A stretch of 64,000 bases of DNA from an uncultured Phycisphaerales bacterium. Its GTDB lineage: Bacteria > Planctomycetota > Phycisphaerae > Tepidisphaerales > Tepidisphaeraceae. The position numbers and the translations under genes are program-made. Every line of letters starts with the position of its first letter. Positions within the stretch are counted from its first letter, which is position 1. This document shows, piece after piece, positions 1 through 10,426 of the stretch. The DNA is taken from assembly GCA_963758525.1 (NCBI GenBank), contig CAVWVQ010000003.1, positions 2,592,001-2,656,000 of the forward strand. Direction: 5' to 3'. The notes under the pieces were generated by a model. That model saw only the letters and a list, made by a program, of their open reading frames with translations. It did not search any database and had not been told where the DNA came from.

Positions 1-743
1 GGCGAGTGGGGCATCGACAGTCCGCGAGTGATGACCTCGCCCGATACCACATCCATGAGAACTCCGCCTGAGCGTTTGTTCTCGCGCCAGCCGCTGCGGG
101 TGTCAGTCTCTCCCAGAGCAGTGACGTACCGGAGGGCGCCATCCCGCAGGCATGCCCCGTTGAGGTGACATCGATCCTCGGGCGTCAGCGCCGTAATGAA
201 CGGCGGCTGCCAGAAGGGCACAAAACTGTAGATATCGCTTCGTGTTGCCAGGCAGGAAAAGCGGGTGTTGATAAAACACAAGCTCGAGAGCTCCGACGGC
301 GCACGATTTACGCCCGCCGCTTGGCGCGGCACCCAAACCATCTCATGAATTTGGATGTCGCCGGTGGCGTGGCGCGTGCGGGGCATGAATGCAGCGTCAC
401 ATGCTTGGGGGGATTCGGGCGTGTCCAGCTTGCGGGCCACGGCGGGCATGTCGTGAAACTCCCACACCTCGCTGGCCGTGCCCAGGGCAAATCGCCCCGG
501 CTCCCAGACGAATCCCATCGGCTTCTGGAAGTTGCGAAAATGGGTATTGAGGACCGGAGAGCCCCCATTGGGGTCAGCCCGGAGCAGGACCAGCTTTCCC
601 GCTTGGTACGTTGTGACGGCTAACGAGACGCCGAAACTTTCGAGGATCCGAGGAACCGTCGAGGTGTGGATGCTGCGCAGCGGGGGAGTCGCTGGCGCCG
701 CTGTGTCTGGCTCGATCGTGCTCGGAACCGACATGCCGGGCAT
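1..743 (-). CDS. TIGR03032/DUF4915 family protein (3' end outside window)
   Basis: Manual minus-strand translation (absent from the ORF track because it has no stop in the window): LRSIHTS..GVSLAVTTYQAGKLVLLR..LNTHFRNFQKPMG..TGDIQIHEM..PEDRCHLNG..GWRENKRSGGVLMDV..RGLSMPHSP, typical family motifs. Confidence 0.85.
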   Translation of the reverse strand, partial: MPGMSVPSTIEPDTAAPATPPLRSIHTSTVPRILESFGVSLAVTTYQAGKLVLLRADPNGGSPVLNTHFRNFQKPMGFVWEPGRFALGTASEVWEFHDMPAVARKLDTPESPQACDAAFMPRTRHATGDIQIHEMVWVPRQAAGVNRAPSELSSLCFINTRFSCLATRSDIYSFVPFWQPPFITALTPEDRCHLNGACLRDGALRYVTALGETDTRSGWRENKRSGGVLMDVVSGEVITRGLSMPHS

Positions 744-967
744 GGAGGGTCAATCGGCTAACGGCTGGACAATGATGCACAATTAGAGACGAGCGGAGGA
801 ACGTTCAACCGCCGGGGGCATGACCGTCGCTGCGCGGGGCGTGACACTTTCCGCGCGGCTGGTCTTTCCCCCTCCCCCGGAGTTTTTCATGAGGGCGCCA
901 CGCCCGGAGAGAATGAAAATGGGGTTGCGTCTGGCATTGGGTGGCGTGGGTGGCGTCTCTTTTCAGA

Positions 968-1083
968 GCAAAAATGTCCAAGGCCCAATGGCCAAAAAAG
1001 CCCCAAGGTCCAGGGCCCAAGGCTGGTTCTTCCATTGGTCATTGCGATTTGGGATTTTGTTGGCCATTGGGCATTGGGCATTT
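968..1083. repeat. Intergenic imperfect inverted repeat built of CCAAGG/CCAATG and CATTGG units
   Basis: ccaaggcccaatggccaa... followed by ...ttggtcattg...ttggccattgggcattgggcatt. Confidence 0.6.
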
Positions 1084-1268
1084 CTTTGTTTCCCACATCT
1101 CTTTTGAGCAGTACCAGGGGAGGGGGAAAGAGTCGCGAATTCGAAAAATCGTGCACTCCCCCAGAGCGTCCCAGAGTGCCTCCCAATGTCGTGGCTTGCT
1201 TGCTCCGGGGTTTTTGGAGAGACTTTCAGCCGTTTCGATGCTCGATCTACCCAGACGGAGGAACGCTC

Positions 1269-2434
1269 ATGTCAAACTACAAAGCCGATCCAACTTTGAA
1301 ATTCAGCTTCGGTCTCTGGACCGTGGGAAACCCCGGCCGCGATCCCTTCGGCGAGCCGGTCCGGGAGAAAATCTCCGCGCCCAGATCTGCGACATGCTCG
1401 GCGAAGTCGGCGCATACGGCGTCAGTTTCCACGATAACGATCTGGTTCCCATTGACGCGTCACCGAGCGAGCGCGACAAAATCGTCAAGGACTTCAAGGC
1501 CGCGATCAAGAACAACGGCCTGGTCGTCCCGATGGCTACGACCAACCTCTTCACCGATCCGGTCTTCAAGGACGGCGCGTTCACCAGCAACAACGCGAAG
1601 ATCCGCGCCTACGCGATCCAGAAGACCATGCGGGCGATGGATCTCGGCGCCGAAATGGGCGCGAAGATTTACGTCTTTTGGGGCGGACGTGAAGGCGTCG
1701 AAAGCGATGCCACCAAGTGCCCGATCGAGGCCGTCAAGCGATTCCGCGAAGCAATCAACTTCCTCTGTGAATATTCGATCGACAAGAAATACGGCTACAA
1801 GTTTGCGTTTGAGGCCAAGCCAAATGAGCCGCGCGGACATATGTATTTCGCCGTGACCGGCTCGTACCTGGCACTGATTCCGTCACTGGCCCATCCGGAG
1901 ATGTGCGGCGTGAATCCCGAGGTCGCTCACGAGCACATGGCCGGGCTCAACTTTGTCCACCAGGTCGCTGCCGCGATCGAAATGGGCAAACTCTTCCACA
2001 TCGATCTCAACGATCAGGAGTTCGGCCGATACGACCAGGATTTTCGCTTCGGGTCGGCAAATCTCAAACACGCATTTTTCCTTGTGAAGCTGCTGGAGGA
2101 TTCGAAGTATGACGGCCCGCGCGCGTTCGACGCGCACGCCTATCGCCAGAGCGATTTGGCCGACGTGAAGGAGTTCGCCCGCGGGAACATCCGCACCTAC
2201 ATGATTCTCAAGGAGAAGGCGGCCAAGTGGAACGCTGACGCGGAGATTCAGGGTCTGATCAAGGAGATCAATGCGAAGGACGAGGGGCTATCGTCACTGA
2301 CGAAAAAATACAGCTCGCAGCACGCCGCCAAGCTGCTGGAAGCGCCGCTGGATCGCGTCGAATTGGCGAAGGCGCCGCTGCCATACGAGAAGCTCGATCA
2401 GTTGACGATGGAAGTATTGATGGGCGTGCGATGA
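1269..2434 (+). CDS. xylA: Xylose isomerase (frameshift near 1380, probably a sequencing error)
   Basis: [15 protein letters not shown] in one frame joins [40 protein letters not shown] in the next. Confidence 0.95.
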
Positions 2435-2595
2435 CAGGGGATCTGTGGCCCACCGCGAAAGCTGTGCAACTCATCGATGGCTCACTTTTCTTTAGTCGGC
2501 GGCGACGGTAGAGCTTTGGCGGCTCGGACGGTTGTGGCCGCGTTCAAGAAGTAGAATTGGTGAAGACCAAACGCGCCAATTTGGAGACCACAAGC

Positions 2596-3231
2596 ATGTC
2601 AATCCAAGATTTTTGGATCAACATACGGATCGGAGCGAGTTCAATTGCGCAATCGGCGAAGGCAGACTCGTCGAAATTGGATGCCGAAGGTTTCCAGCAG
2701 GCAATTCGCGGAGGCGTTTTATGGCTCACGCCCAAGGCCGTCCAGGGATTTGAAGATGTGGAATTCGATTTCTTAACGGACCCGGAAAGAACCGAGTTGG
2801 CACGGGCGGTTCGGAACTTTCGACGGGCTGCCGAGAAGGTGCCCCCTGGCAAGCCGGCGTCCGACACACAGTTGAAGGAAGCTCGACGGGCGTTTGCTGG
2901 TGTGCTTGAGGTCATGCGCCCAGATAAGTACGCGGACCTCGAGGCCTTTAAAATCGGCAAGAGGGTTGAACAGCAACTAGAGCAACGACCAAGCTGGGTC
3001 AAAGATCTGCGGTTCGAGACTGGTGAAGACAATGCCGGGCAACCAGCCGTCTGGGTGTGGGTGGAAGTGGACGATTCCGCTTTGAAACAAGAGGTGCTTC
3101 TGCAGAATACGCAGATGATCAAAGGCATCATCGAGCGTGCGGTGGCCGAAGTCGCGTCCGATCGCTGGCCTTACGTCAGGTTCCGCTCCACTTCCGAGCA
3201 GAATTTAGGTGCGAGCGGAGTGAGACGGTGA
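2596..3231 (+). CDS. Hypothetical protein, probable antitoxin partner of the downstream HEPN protein
   Basis: ORF overlaps the HEPN gene by GTGA; C-terminal GEDNAGQPAVWVWVEVDD..WPYVRFRS segment looks like a degenerate nucleotidyltransferase-like fold. Confidence 0.55.
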   Translation: MSIQDFWINIRIGASSIAQSAKADSSKLDAEGFQQAIRGGVLWLTPKAVQGFEDVEFDFLTDPERTELARAVRNFRRAAEKVPPGKPASDTQLKEARRAFAGVLEVMRPDKYADLEAFKIGKRVEQQLEQRPSWVKDLRFETGEDNAGQPAVWVWVEVDDSALKQEVLLQNTQMIKGIIERAVAEVASDRWPYVRFRSTSEQNLGASGVRR

Positions 3232-3734
3232 GTCTGCACGGTGACCTCTTAATCCAGGCAGGCTTTCTCGCGCTCCGCGAACCCAAGCGACCCAGGCAGG
3301 CGAGCCTTCGTCGAGCCGTTTCGGCGGCGTACTACGCGATCTTTCATCTGCTGACGAGTGAAACGTCTAGACTATTTGCGAAAGATGACCGAATTATCGC
3401 CGCTATCAACAGGGCGTACGCGCATGGCGACATGAACACCGTTTCGAAGGCTGTGGCGGCCGGAAACTTCCCCAAATCAATCAATCCGTTGAAAGCGACG
3501 TTCGCGGTGCCGCCAAAACTTCAAAGTGTGGCGAAAACGTTCGTTGATCTTCAACAGGCGCGTCACGAAGCCGACTACAATCTTGGCAAGACATTTACCC
3601 GAAGCGAGGCGCTGGCGCTCATCAGCCAAGTAAAGCAGGCGTTCACCGATTGGGAGGATGTCCGCAAGGATCACTACGCTCGACTGTATTTGGCCTGCTT
3701 CCTGCTCTGGCAAAAGTGGGATCTGGTCCGATGA
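3228..3734 (+). CDS. HEPN domain protein
   Basis: LRRAVSAAYYAIFH and LQQARHEADY motifs. Confidence 0.75.
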   Translation: MSLHGDLLIQAGFLALREPKRPRQASLRRAVSAAYYAIFHLLTSETSRLFAKDDRIIAAINRAYAHGDMNTVSKAVAAGNFPKSINPLKATFAVPPKLQSVAKTFVDLQQARHEADYNLGKTFTRSEALALISQVKQAFTDWEDVRKDHYARLYLACFLLWQKWDLVR

Positions 3735-3791
3735 GACGGACGGATGCATCTCCCTCGGCAGCGTTTTCCCGGCGCACCGCATTCAATCTCC

Positions 3792-4613
3792 TCACGTTTT
3801 CTTTCGAAACTCGATGACACGATAGCGAGCGAGAATCAGATCATATGAGCCGTACGCGATGAAACCCGCCGCTACGAAAGCGAGGAGCCATCGTCCGGCG
3901 GGTTGACGGCTTAAAGCCCGCAGCGCACCGTCGAGTCCCTGCGCCTTGTGCGAATTGAGGCTGACGGCGGCGATCAGCAGGAAGAAGCCAACAATTGCAA
4001 AGACGATGGCGCGCGAGACGATGCCGAATTGAATCATCCAGTGCACCCATCGGCGGGTGTGCTCGGGAATTTTCAGGCGATCGTTCGCCATTGGATGTCC
4101 CGAGCGGACGAACTCCGCGGCGACGTAGATCAGGAATCCGATTCCCACTCCAGCCACCGCCCAGCGGCCCAGGGGAAATGCCATCAGCGTCGCGGTCCAG
4201 TGCCGGGCATTGCGGTCCCCCTCATGGCGTCCGACGGTTCCCCGCACGGTGCGCAACGTCAGAACGACCAGCCCCCAGTAGAGAATCGACGTGAAAAAGA
4301 AACTCACCCGCCGCATCCATCCGCGCGGCTTGCGTGTCTCCCCCTCCGGATCAAAGGTCGCGCGGAGGAAGGACCAGAGGGCATACGCGAGCAGCCCGAT
4401 CGCGAGAATGATCAGCAGCACATCGCCAAACGGGCTGTGATGCACGAGCGATAGCGCCCCCTGCGTGTCATCGGTTCCCCGCTCGAAACCCGCTGAGGTC
4501 ATCGCCGCCAGCAAACCGGTGAGGACATACACGATCCCCCGCGCCGCATACCCGACGCGCGCCAGATAGCGCAGATACTTTCGTTGGCCGCTGGTCTTGC
4601 CGAGACTGCTCAT
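3792..4613 (-). CDS. DUF1206 domain membrane protein
   Basis: LARVGYAARGIVY, GLDGALRAL..QPAGRWLL..VAAGFIAYG; several TM helices. Confidence 0.85.
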   Translation of the reverse strand: MSSLGKTSGQRKYLRYLARVGYAARGIVYVLTGLLAAMTSAGFERGTDDTQGALSLVHHSPFGDVLLIILAIGLLAYALWSFLRATFDPEGETRKPRGWMRRVSFFFTSILYWGLVVLTLRTVRGTVGRHEGDRNARHWTATLMAFPLGRWAVAGVGIGFLIYVAAEFVRSGHPMANDRLKIPEHTRRWVHWMIQFGIVSRAIVFAIVGFFLLIAAVSLNSHKAQGLDGALRALSRQPAGRWLLAFVAAGFIAYGSYDLILARYRVIEFRKKT

Positions 4614-5668
4614 GACTTTTTGTGCGGCCAGACGAGCATTTTGGCGATCAGCGCGTGCGGCCGGGGCAGTGGATAGCCTTCCAGTTCCTCAAGGCTGACC
4701 CAGCGATTGGAGCCGGCAGCAATGCGCGGTTTCATCCCGCTTGCCAAGCAGTGAAAAACGTCGAACTCGTATTGGCGGTGCGTCAGTGTGTGCGAGACTT
4801 TTCCGATCGCTGTCGGAGGCGTGGTCGTCACGGGCAACTTGAACGGGCCGTCGGAATGCAGCGTGATGAACTGCCACATCGCGGCCCAGCGTCCCTTGGC
4901 GGGCCGCTGCTCGATCAGCCAGCGGTTGCCGTTTTGAATGCAGAAGGTCCGCCGTCGCAGGAGCGGGATCGCTGACTTCTGCTTGGGCGCGGGGATGTGA
5001 TCCGCCATGCCGGCGGCGAACGCTTCACAGTGCGAGCGCACCGGGCAGATCAGGCATTGCGGAGAACGAGGCGTGCAGATCATCGCCCCCAGTTCCATCA
5101 GCGCAGAATTGAAATCGCCGATGCGCCGCGACGGAAGAATCTCCCCGGCCCGCTGCCAGAGCAGTTCCCTCACCGACGGTTCACGCGGATCGGCTTCGAT
5201 TTTGTCCAGACGCAGTATGACGCGCGTCACGTTCGCGTCGAGAATCGGCGCGCGCCTGCCGAAACCGATGGAGCTGATCGCGCCGGCTGTGTAACGCCCG
5301 ATGCCGGCCAGCGTTTGCAGGTGCGTCACGTTTGCGGGCAGTTTCCCGTCGTATTCGGCGACAACCTGCCGGGCGCACCGCAGCAGATTGCGGGCTCGCG
5401 CGTAATACCCCAGCCCCTGCCACTGCCGCAGCACCTGTTGCTCGTCAGCCGCTGCCAGGTCGGCAAGGGTTGGGAAATGCTCCATAAAGCGTTGGAAATA
5501 GGGGATAACGGTCGCGACCTGTGTCTGCTGCAGCATGAACTCGCTGACCAGCACGTGATAGGGACAGGGATGCCGAACGCGCCCGCGCACCCGCCATGGC
5601 AGATCGCGTTGCGATCGGTCGTACCAACCCAGCAATCGGCGGGCAAAGTCAGCGTGGCGAAGCAGCAT
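4610..5668 (-). CDS. mutY: A/G-specific adenine glycosylase
   Basis: RDLPWR, VSEFMLQQTQV, WQGLGYYARARNL, HhH GIGRYTAGAI, 4Fe-4S CTPRSPQCLICPVRSHC. Confidence 0.95.
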   Translation of the reverse strand: MLLRHADFARRLLGWYDRSQRDLPWRVRGRVRHPCPYHVLVSEFMLQQTQVATVIPYFQRFMEHFPTLADLAAADEQQVLRQWQGLGYYARARNLLRCARQVVAEYDGKLPANVTHLQTLAGIGRYTAGAISSIGFGRRAPILDANVTRVILRLDKIEADPREPSVRELLWQRAGEILPSRRIGDFNSALMELGAMICTPRSPQCLICPVRSHCEAFAAGMADHIPAPKQKSAIPLLRRRTFCIQNGNRWLIEQRPAKGRWAAMWQFITLHSDGPFKLPVTTTPPTAIGKVSHTLTHRQYEFDVFHCLASGMKPRIAAGSNRWVSLEELEGYPLPRPHALIAKMLVWPHKKS

Positions 5669-5700
5669 GCGGCGGCCGGATGATACTGGATGAGGGGGCA

Positions 5701-5746
5701 GGGCGTCAGGGTTCAGGGCGTCAGGGTTCAGGGTGTCAGGGTTCAG
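5701..5746. repeat. 15-bp tandem repeat (GGGYGTCAGGGTTCA) x3
   Basis: Directly visible; same unit as at 13863-13972. Confidence 0.85.
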
Positions 5747-5834
5747 GAAGAGGAAAGGAGAGGCTGTTCGCCGAACCGGGCTCTTCATCGGAAGGGTGTA
5801 ACTTTTATTTGTGGCGATTGCAGATTTTGCGATC

Positions 5835-5902
5835 GTAGGGCGGGATTCATCCCGCCGTTTTCTCAGCCGGCCAACAAATCGGCGGGATGAATCCCGCCCT
5901 AC
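5835..5902. repeat. GTAG-type REP inverted pair
   Basis: gtagggcgggattcatcccgcc (5835-5856) and its perfect reverse complement (5881-5902). Confidence 0.85.
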
Positions 5903-6062
5903 TCGGAGCCGATCGCCACTTTCGAGCGCCACACCCCATCGGAATCCTGTCGCGAAATGTTGCTTGCGTTAAGATGCGAAAAGGTTATTATGTGTAGTGC
6001 TGCCATGGACTGGCGATTCTGTAGAGTGATGGGAATCACACTAGCAAAGCATGGAGGTTCGT

Positions 6063-6290
6063 ATGCGAAGACCACACGTTGACGATCGGGTCCGTCTCAC
6101 GCAGGACATCCCTGAACTATCTCTGATCCGCGGCGAGCTTGGCGTTGTGCGCAGCACATGGTTCGCGCCATCGGTTGCGTACGAAGTCGAGTTTCACAGC
6201 ACCGGTTCGGATTACGAAACACGCGCCCTGCTCCTCGCCGAGCAGGTCGAGGTGGACGAGTCGGCGGAACTGCAGATTGCCGGCGCGTAG
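6063..6290 (+). CDS. DUF4926-like small protein
   Basis: DRVRLTQDIPELSLIRGELGVV..AYEVEF; GGAGG RBS upstream. Confidence 0.7.
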   Translation: MRRPHVDDRVRLTQDIPELSLIRGELGVVRSTWFAPSVAYEVEFHSTGSDYETRALLLAEQVEVDESAELQIAGA

Positions 6291-6339
6291 GCGCGATACG
6301 AGCGCGCGAAGCAGTTCACCCGTTCCGCGTGAAGCGGGT

Positions 6340-7668
6340 TCAGTGCGGCGCCGCGTCGGGGTTGGTCGTAGGCATCAGCGCCGGTGGCGGCCAATCGAAG
6401 GGGCCGGCATCATAACGCTGCATGCGAAAGTAATATGTTGCCTCGCCGGTCGAGGGCGCGACAATTCCGCGCCAGGTCTGGCTCATGCCAATCACGCTCT
6501 CGAAGTTAATCGTCAGATCGTGCTTGCCAGGCGAAAGAGTCAACGGAAGCAGAAACGTGGTTCGCGGCAGCATTTCCCACTGTCGGACGTCGGCCTGACT
6601 GGTCGCCTTCAAGAGGACGCCTGTCGCTATCAGACCCAACGCGAGGCCCGGGTCGGCCCGGCCGCGCAGGCCTTCATAGGCGCCCGCGGCGATCAGCCCG
6701 GTTCCCAGCGCTGACTTGATGACGCGGAACGTATCGATGCTTTGCCAAAGCCGGTCCTGCGCCAGAGCCAGAAGATCGAGCGGCGGACGATCGGTGTACC
6801 CCAGAGCGAGCAGTTGCCCGTCGAGGGCGACCAACGGCCTTGGTATCGGGCCGGCCTCTTCGGGAGTCGGGGCGAAGCCAACGACTGCCCCGTCATAATT
6901 CTTGCGCTTGTAGGGGCCATACCCCAGGTCCACCACGAGCAGCACGTTGGACTTCTGATTCAAATCGAAGTCCGCCAGTCCGCGCAATCCGGGCCGCAAT
7001 TGCACGGCCCGGTCGAACATTTTGCGGGCGTCCGCGGGACGGTCGAGACGCTGGTATGCCTTGCCCAGCATGAGAAATCCCAGCACGAAGTTGGACTCCA
7101 CCTGCCTGTATTGGTCCTCCTTGTCACCTTCCTCCCCATAGTCGCGGAGCTTGAACAGCGCGTTTTCAAACGCGGCGCGGGCGTTGTCATAATCCTGCTG
7201 CATGTAGTAGGTGAGCCCGAGATAGAAATTCGCCATCGCCCGCTCGAACGGCTCTCCCTTCCACACCTTGATTTTTTCATCCAGCAGCACCGCGCCCAGC
7301 GTCCGGCCGCCGTTATTGACGCCGACGCTGTTGATCACCTCGTAAGCCCGCAGAAAATCCTTCTGGGCGTCGTTGATGTGATAGTCCGCCAGGTCGGTCG
7401 AGCCGAGCCGGCAGTTGTTCAGCACGAAATTCTCGTCGGTCTTGTCCGCGAGGGGGCGCAAAGGGCTGCGCGCGCCGGCGTAGTCTCCGACGACATAATC
7501 GGATACCGCGTGATCGATGATCGGGTCGTCGGTGCAACCCGCAAGAAACAGCAGCGCGATAAGGCACAGAGCCGTCAGGGGCAGCTGAAATCGAACCAGA
7601 GAAGAGCCGCGAAGGCGCGAAGGCGCGAAGGAGAATTCAAGAACGGCGATTTTTGCACGAATATTCAT
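6340..7668 (-). CDS. TPR lipoprotein, COG3014-like (true start probably nearer 7600)
   Basis: Lipobox LAGC, WKGEPFERAMANFYLGL, DNARAAF, ADVRQWEMLP. Confidence 0.7.
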   Translation of the reverse strand: MNIRAKIAVLEFSFAPSRLRGSSLVRFQLPLTALCLIALLFLAGCTDDPIIDHAVSDYVVGDYAGARSPLRPLADKTDENFVLNNCRLGSTDLADYHINDAQKDFLRAYEVINSVGVNNGGRTLGAVLLDEKIKVWKGEPFERAMANFYLGLTYYMQQDYDNARAAFENALFKLRDYGEEGDKEDQYRQVESNFVLGFLMLGKAYQRLDRPADARKMFDRAVQLRPGLRGLADFDLNQKSNVLLVVDLGYGPYKRKNYDGAVVGFAPTPEEAGPIPRPLVALDGQLLALGYTDRPPLDLLALAQDRLWQSIDTFRVIKSALGTGLIAAGAYEGLRGRADPGLALGLIATGVLLKATSQADVRQWEMLPRTTFLLPLTLSPGKHDLTINFESVIGMSQTWRGIVAPSTGEATYYFRMQRYDAGPFDWPPPALMPTTNPDAAPH

Positions 7669-7725
7669 GCGGACCGGCGACAGTGGACAACGTCACAATC
7701 GATATTCTTTCTCAACTGATCATTG

Positions 7726-7838
7726 CCCCCTCTCCCGGTAATCCGGGAGAGGGTTGGGGTGAGGGTGATTTCGAGGACCAATGGCGTCCGGCGCTCAAAA
7801 TCACCCTCACCCCTGCCCTCTCGGATTACCCGGGAGAG
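7726..7838. repeat. REP-like inverted pair (CCCTCACCCC..CCCTCTCC family)
   Basis: ccccctctcccggtaatccgggagagggttggggtgagggtg ... caccctcacccctgccctctcggattacccgggagag. Confidence 0.8.
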
Positions 7839-7870
7839 TGGGTAGGTTGCTCGCAGTTCTGAAACGTTCC

Positions 7871-8457
7871 CTAATCCAAAAAACCCTTCACGGCCGTCTT
7901 CCTGACTTCATATTTCTCGGTCCAGAGGATCGTGCGGGTTTGCAAATCGCTCAACTCATAAACGCACAAATACGCATCGGTGCGAATATGGCTGGATTCG
8001 TCGGCCAGCGAACGAAACCGCGCGACCAGCGCGTATCGCGGGTTGATCGCGTCCGGCGCCGGGCCGAGCGGCACGTCGAGTTCCTGCGCCCGCAGACGGT
8101 AAAAGGCGTCGCGATTCATGATCCAGGTGAAACGGTCCGGCGCATGCTTGCTCAGCAAATATCGCACCCGCGCCGTGAACGCCTCCGCCTGCCCTCGCGG
8201 CAACACCGCGGCTTCCATCTCATTACGCACCGGCTCAACGACAACGCGCAGTTTCCCCTCGCGCTGGATCGCCGCCTGCACCTCGGAATCACCGGCGATG
8301 CTCGCCGCCATGCGATCGGTCATGACCGTCAGATCCAGGCTGTCCAGCGCAGTGTTGTGCCCGCTTTCCACGGCAGAGCGCAGCCCCCCATGAGTACCGC
8401 AACGAGCACAATAAGCCAGCCGGCACCCGGCAAGCGCGCCGGAACAGACATGGGCAT
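7871..8457 (-). CDS. LpoB-like lipoprotein (frameshift near 8378)
   Basis: Lipobox LMGGC in one frame joins SAVESGHNTALDSLDL..MAASI..YLCVYELSDLQTRTILWT. Confidence 0.6.
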
Positions 8458-8478
8458 GACAGCTCCTCTGCTGATCAT

Positions 8479-9078
8479 TCAGCGGGCCGAGCGCATTTCA
8501 TATTGCCCGCTCCAGACCTGCTCGCGGGTGCTGAAATTCGTCAGATCAAACTGAAGCAGGTAGTAGTTTGTGCCCCGGTTGGGAAGGTCCATGACTTTGC
8601 CGTACAGAACGTAATCCGGTTGCACCGCCGCGGGCTGCGGAGCGCGATCGCCGCTTCCCTGCCCGAAATCGTCACGCTCGCTGCTTTCGAGTTCCTTGTT
8701 CTGCAGATCGTGATATCGCGCTTTGTTTTCGATGAGACGCACACGGCCCTTCCCGAGCTGAAAAATACGCGTGCGGAGGCGCTCGATGAAGATGTCGTAG
8801 TTGTGCCGGTAAACGTTGTCGGTCGTGTGGTCCTCCACCTGGGCGACAACGATCGTCCATTGCGTCCGGCTGGCATTCAGCTCCTGAAGCGACAGCAGCT
8901 CGTTAGCCATTTTATCGGACGCGGCAATCACGTCGTAGCTTTGCAATCCGTTGTCACGCGGATCGACCTGATCGGCAGGGGGCCGATCGCTCCCGTAATC
9001 GCTCGGTTTGTCAGAAGCGCATCCCGCCGCAATCGCCAGTGCAACAAACACCGCCCCGTATTTCCATCCGCTGAACAT
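8479..9078 (-). CDS. LpoB-like lipoprotein (penicillin-binding protein activator family)
   Basis: Lipobox AAGC; GLQSYDVIAASDKMANELL..PDYVLYGKV..YYLLQFDLTNFSTREQVWS. Confidence 0.7.
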   Translation of the reverse strand: MFSGWKYGAVFVALAIAAGCASDKPSDYGSDRPPADQVDPRDNGLQSYDVIAASDKMANELLSLQELNASRTQWTIVVAQVEDHTTDNVYRHNYDIFIERLRTRIFQLGKGRVRLIENKARYHDLQNKELESSERDDFGQGSGDRAPQPAAVQPDYVLYGKVMDLPNRGTNYYLLQFDLTNFSTREQVWSGQYEMRSAR

Positions 9079-9390
9079 GTTCAATCTCCTGCAAGTGAAT
9101 CAGTTGAAGATACTAGCACCCGGCGGCAGTAGCCGTCATCCCGGCAAGGCGGACGGGCCGCCTGAGTGCGCGGCCGTCTCCGCGCTACCCTCTCCCGGAA
9201 ATACCGGGAGAAGGGGTAGTGCGCCGAAACGGTCATGAACTCATGCCGCCTTGAACGCAACTGCGAGCCCTTCTACGCTTTAGACACGCCGCCTGCCGCA
9301 AAGGATGGCGCCAGGGAGCGACGGTGAACCATCCTTTTATCGTCAGGCGTGTCTAACACATTGCTTTTTTGCCTCGAAGAGGAGGTTTTC

Positions 9391-10401
9391 GTGAAGGGAC
9401 TTGCAGCAATTCTCTCCGTCGGGCTGGGTGCGGCGGCGTTCGCGGCCGGTTGCGCAGACAATTCGCCCGCGCCGGCGCGGGTGCCGATTCCCCCCACTGA
9501 CCAGGTGCGAGCCAGCGAGCAGCCGGAGAACAAACCGCTGCCGCAGCCCGATTCCGCCAATCCACTTCCGCCGCCGGTGTTTGACGACGCGCCGCTGGTC
9601 AGCCAGCGCCTGCCGGAGGAGCGGGCCTTTGTCGGGGCCTACGAGCAGGTGGGCCGGCCGCGTATTTTGATCTTCGTCAACCGCACACTGGAGGGCCAGA
9701 TTGTCCCGGTCAACCCGGACACTCCGCTGGCCACCGTCGAGCACAAGGCGCAAACAAATGGCGCCATCACGGCAGACGCGTCGCGCACCTCGGGCACGTA
9801 CGGCTACTGGTACGACTCCCATCACGACAGCACCTCCCATTTCCAAAGCACTGGCCCGGCGGACTTCACCGAGACAACCAGCGTCTATTTGCATCCTGGC
9901 GAGTACGACGAAGCGGCCGCCAAATCGCTCGACTATGAGGCAGTGGAAAACGTGCTGACCGACTGGCTCTCCGCGGGCGGCAAAGTCGCGATCGTTTCCC
10001 CGACGATGGCTCGCCAGCGCCTGACCGAGGAACAGCTCAAGGATCTGAAGAGCGATCGCCCCCGCATGCTCGGCGAGGTCGCCCGGCAGTTGGATGCGGA
10101 TATTCTCATTCAGGTCCAGGTGCATCCGACGCAGCAGACGCAGGACGGGCTGGAATTCCGGCTGGTCGCCGAGGCGATCAACGTGCGTGGCGGGGAATCC
10201 ATCGCCCGCGCACTGGTCGATGTCCCGCCGCCGTTGGATAAGCCGAAGATCAACAAGTACACGCGTTTTCTGGCGCGGAAGCTGATGGACGGGATGGTTG
10301 GGTCATGGGAATCGTTTGGCGGACGCCCCGAAGGCGCACCGCCGGCGCCCGCCACCGTGCCGGCGACCCAGCCTGCGGCCGAGCCGGAACCGCCGAAATA
10401 A
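9391..10401 (+). CDS. Lipoprotein with CsgG/TolB-N-like domain
   Basis: GGAGG RBS, lipobox AAGC, RPRILIFVNR, VARQLDADILIQV. Confidence 0.6.
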   Translation: MKGLAAILSVGLGAAAFAAGCADNSPAPARVPIPPTDQVRASEQPENKPLPQPDSANPLPPPVFDDAPLVSQRLPEERAFVGAYEQVGRPRILIFVNRTLEGQIVPVNPDTPLATVEHKAQTNGAITADASRTSGTYGYWYDSHHDSTSHFQSTGPADFTETTSVYLHPGEYDEAAAKSLDYEAVENVLTDWLSAGGKVAIVSPTMARQRLTEEQLKDLKSDRPRMLGEVARQLDADILIQVQVHPTQQTQDGLEFRLVAEAINVRGGESIARALVDVPPPLDKPKINKYTRFLARKLMDGMVGSWESFGGRPEGAPPAPATVPATQPAAEPEPPK

Positions 10402-10426
10402 ATTGCTTCTCTTGCGAGGATTGCCC

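Noticed and set aside
5669..5932. N-terminal MutY extension with NPD(T/A)L repeats
   Set aside because: It is read-through across intergenic 15-bp repeats and a REP; MutY similarity begins near 5668
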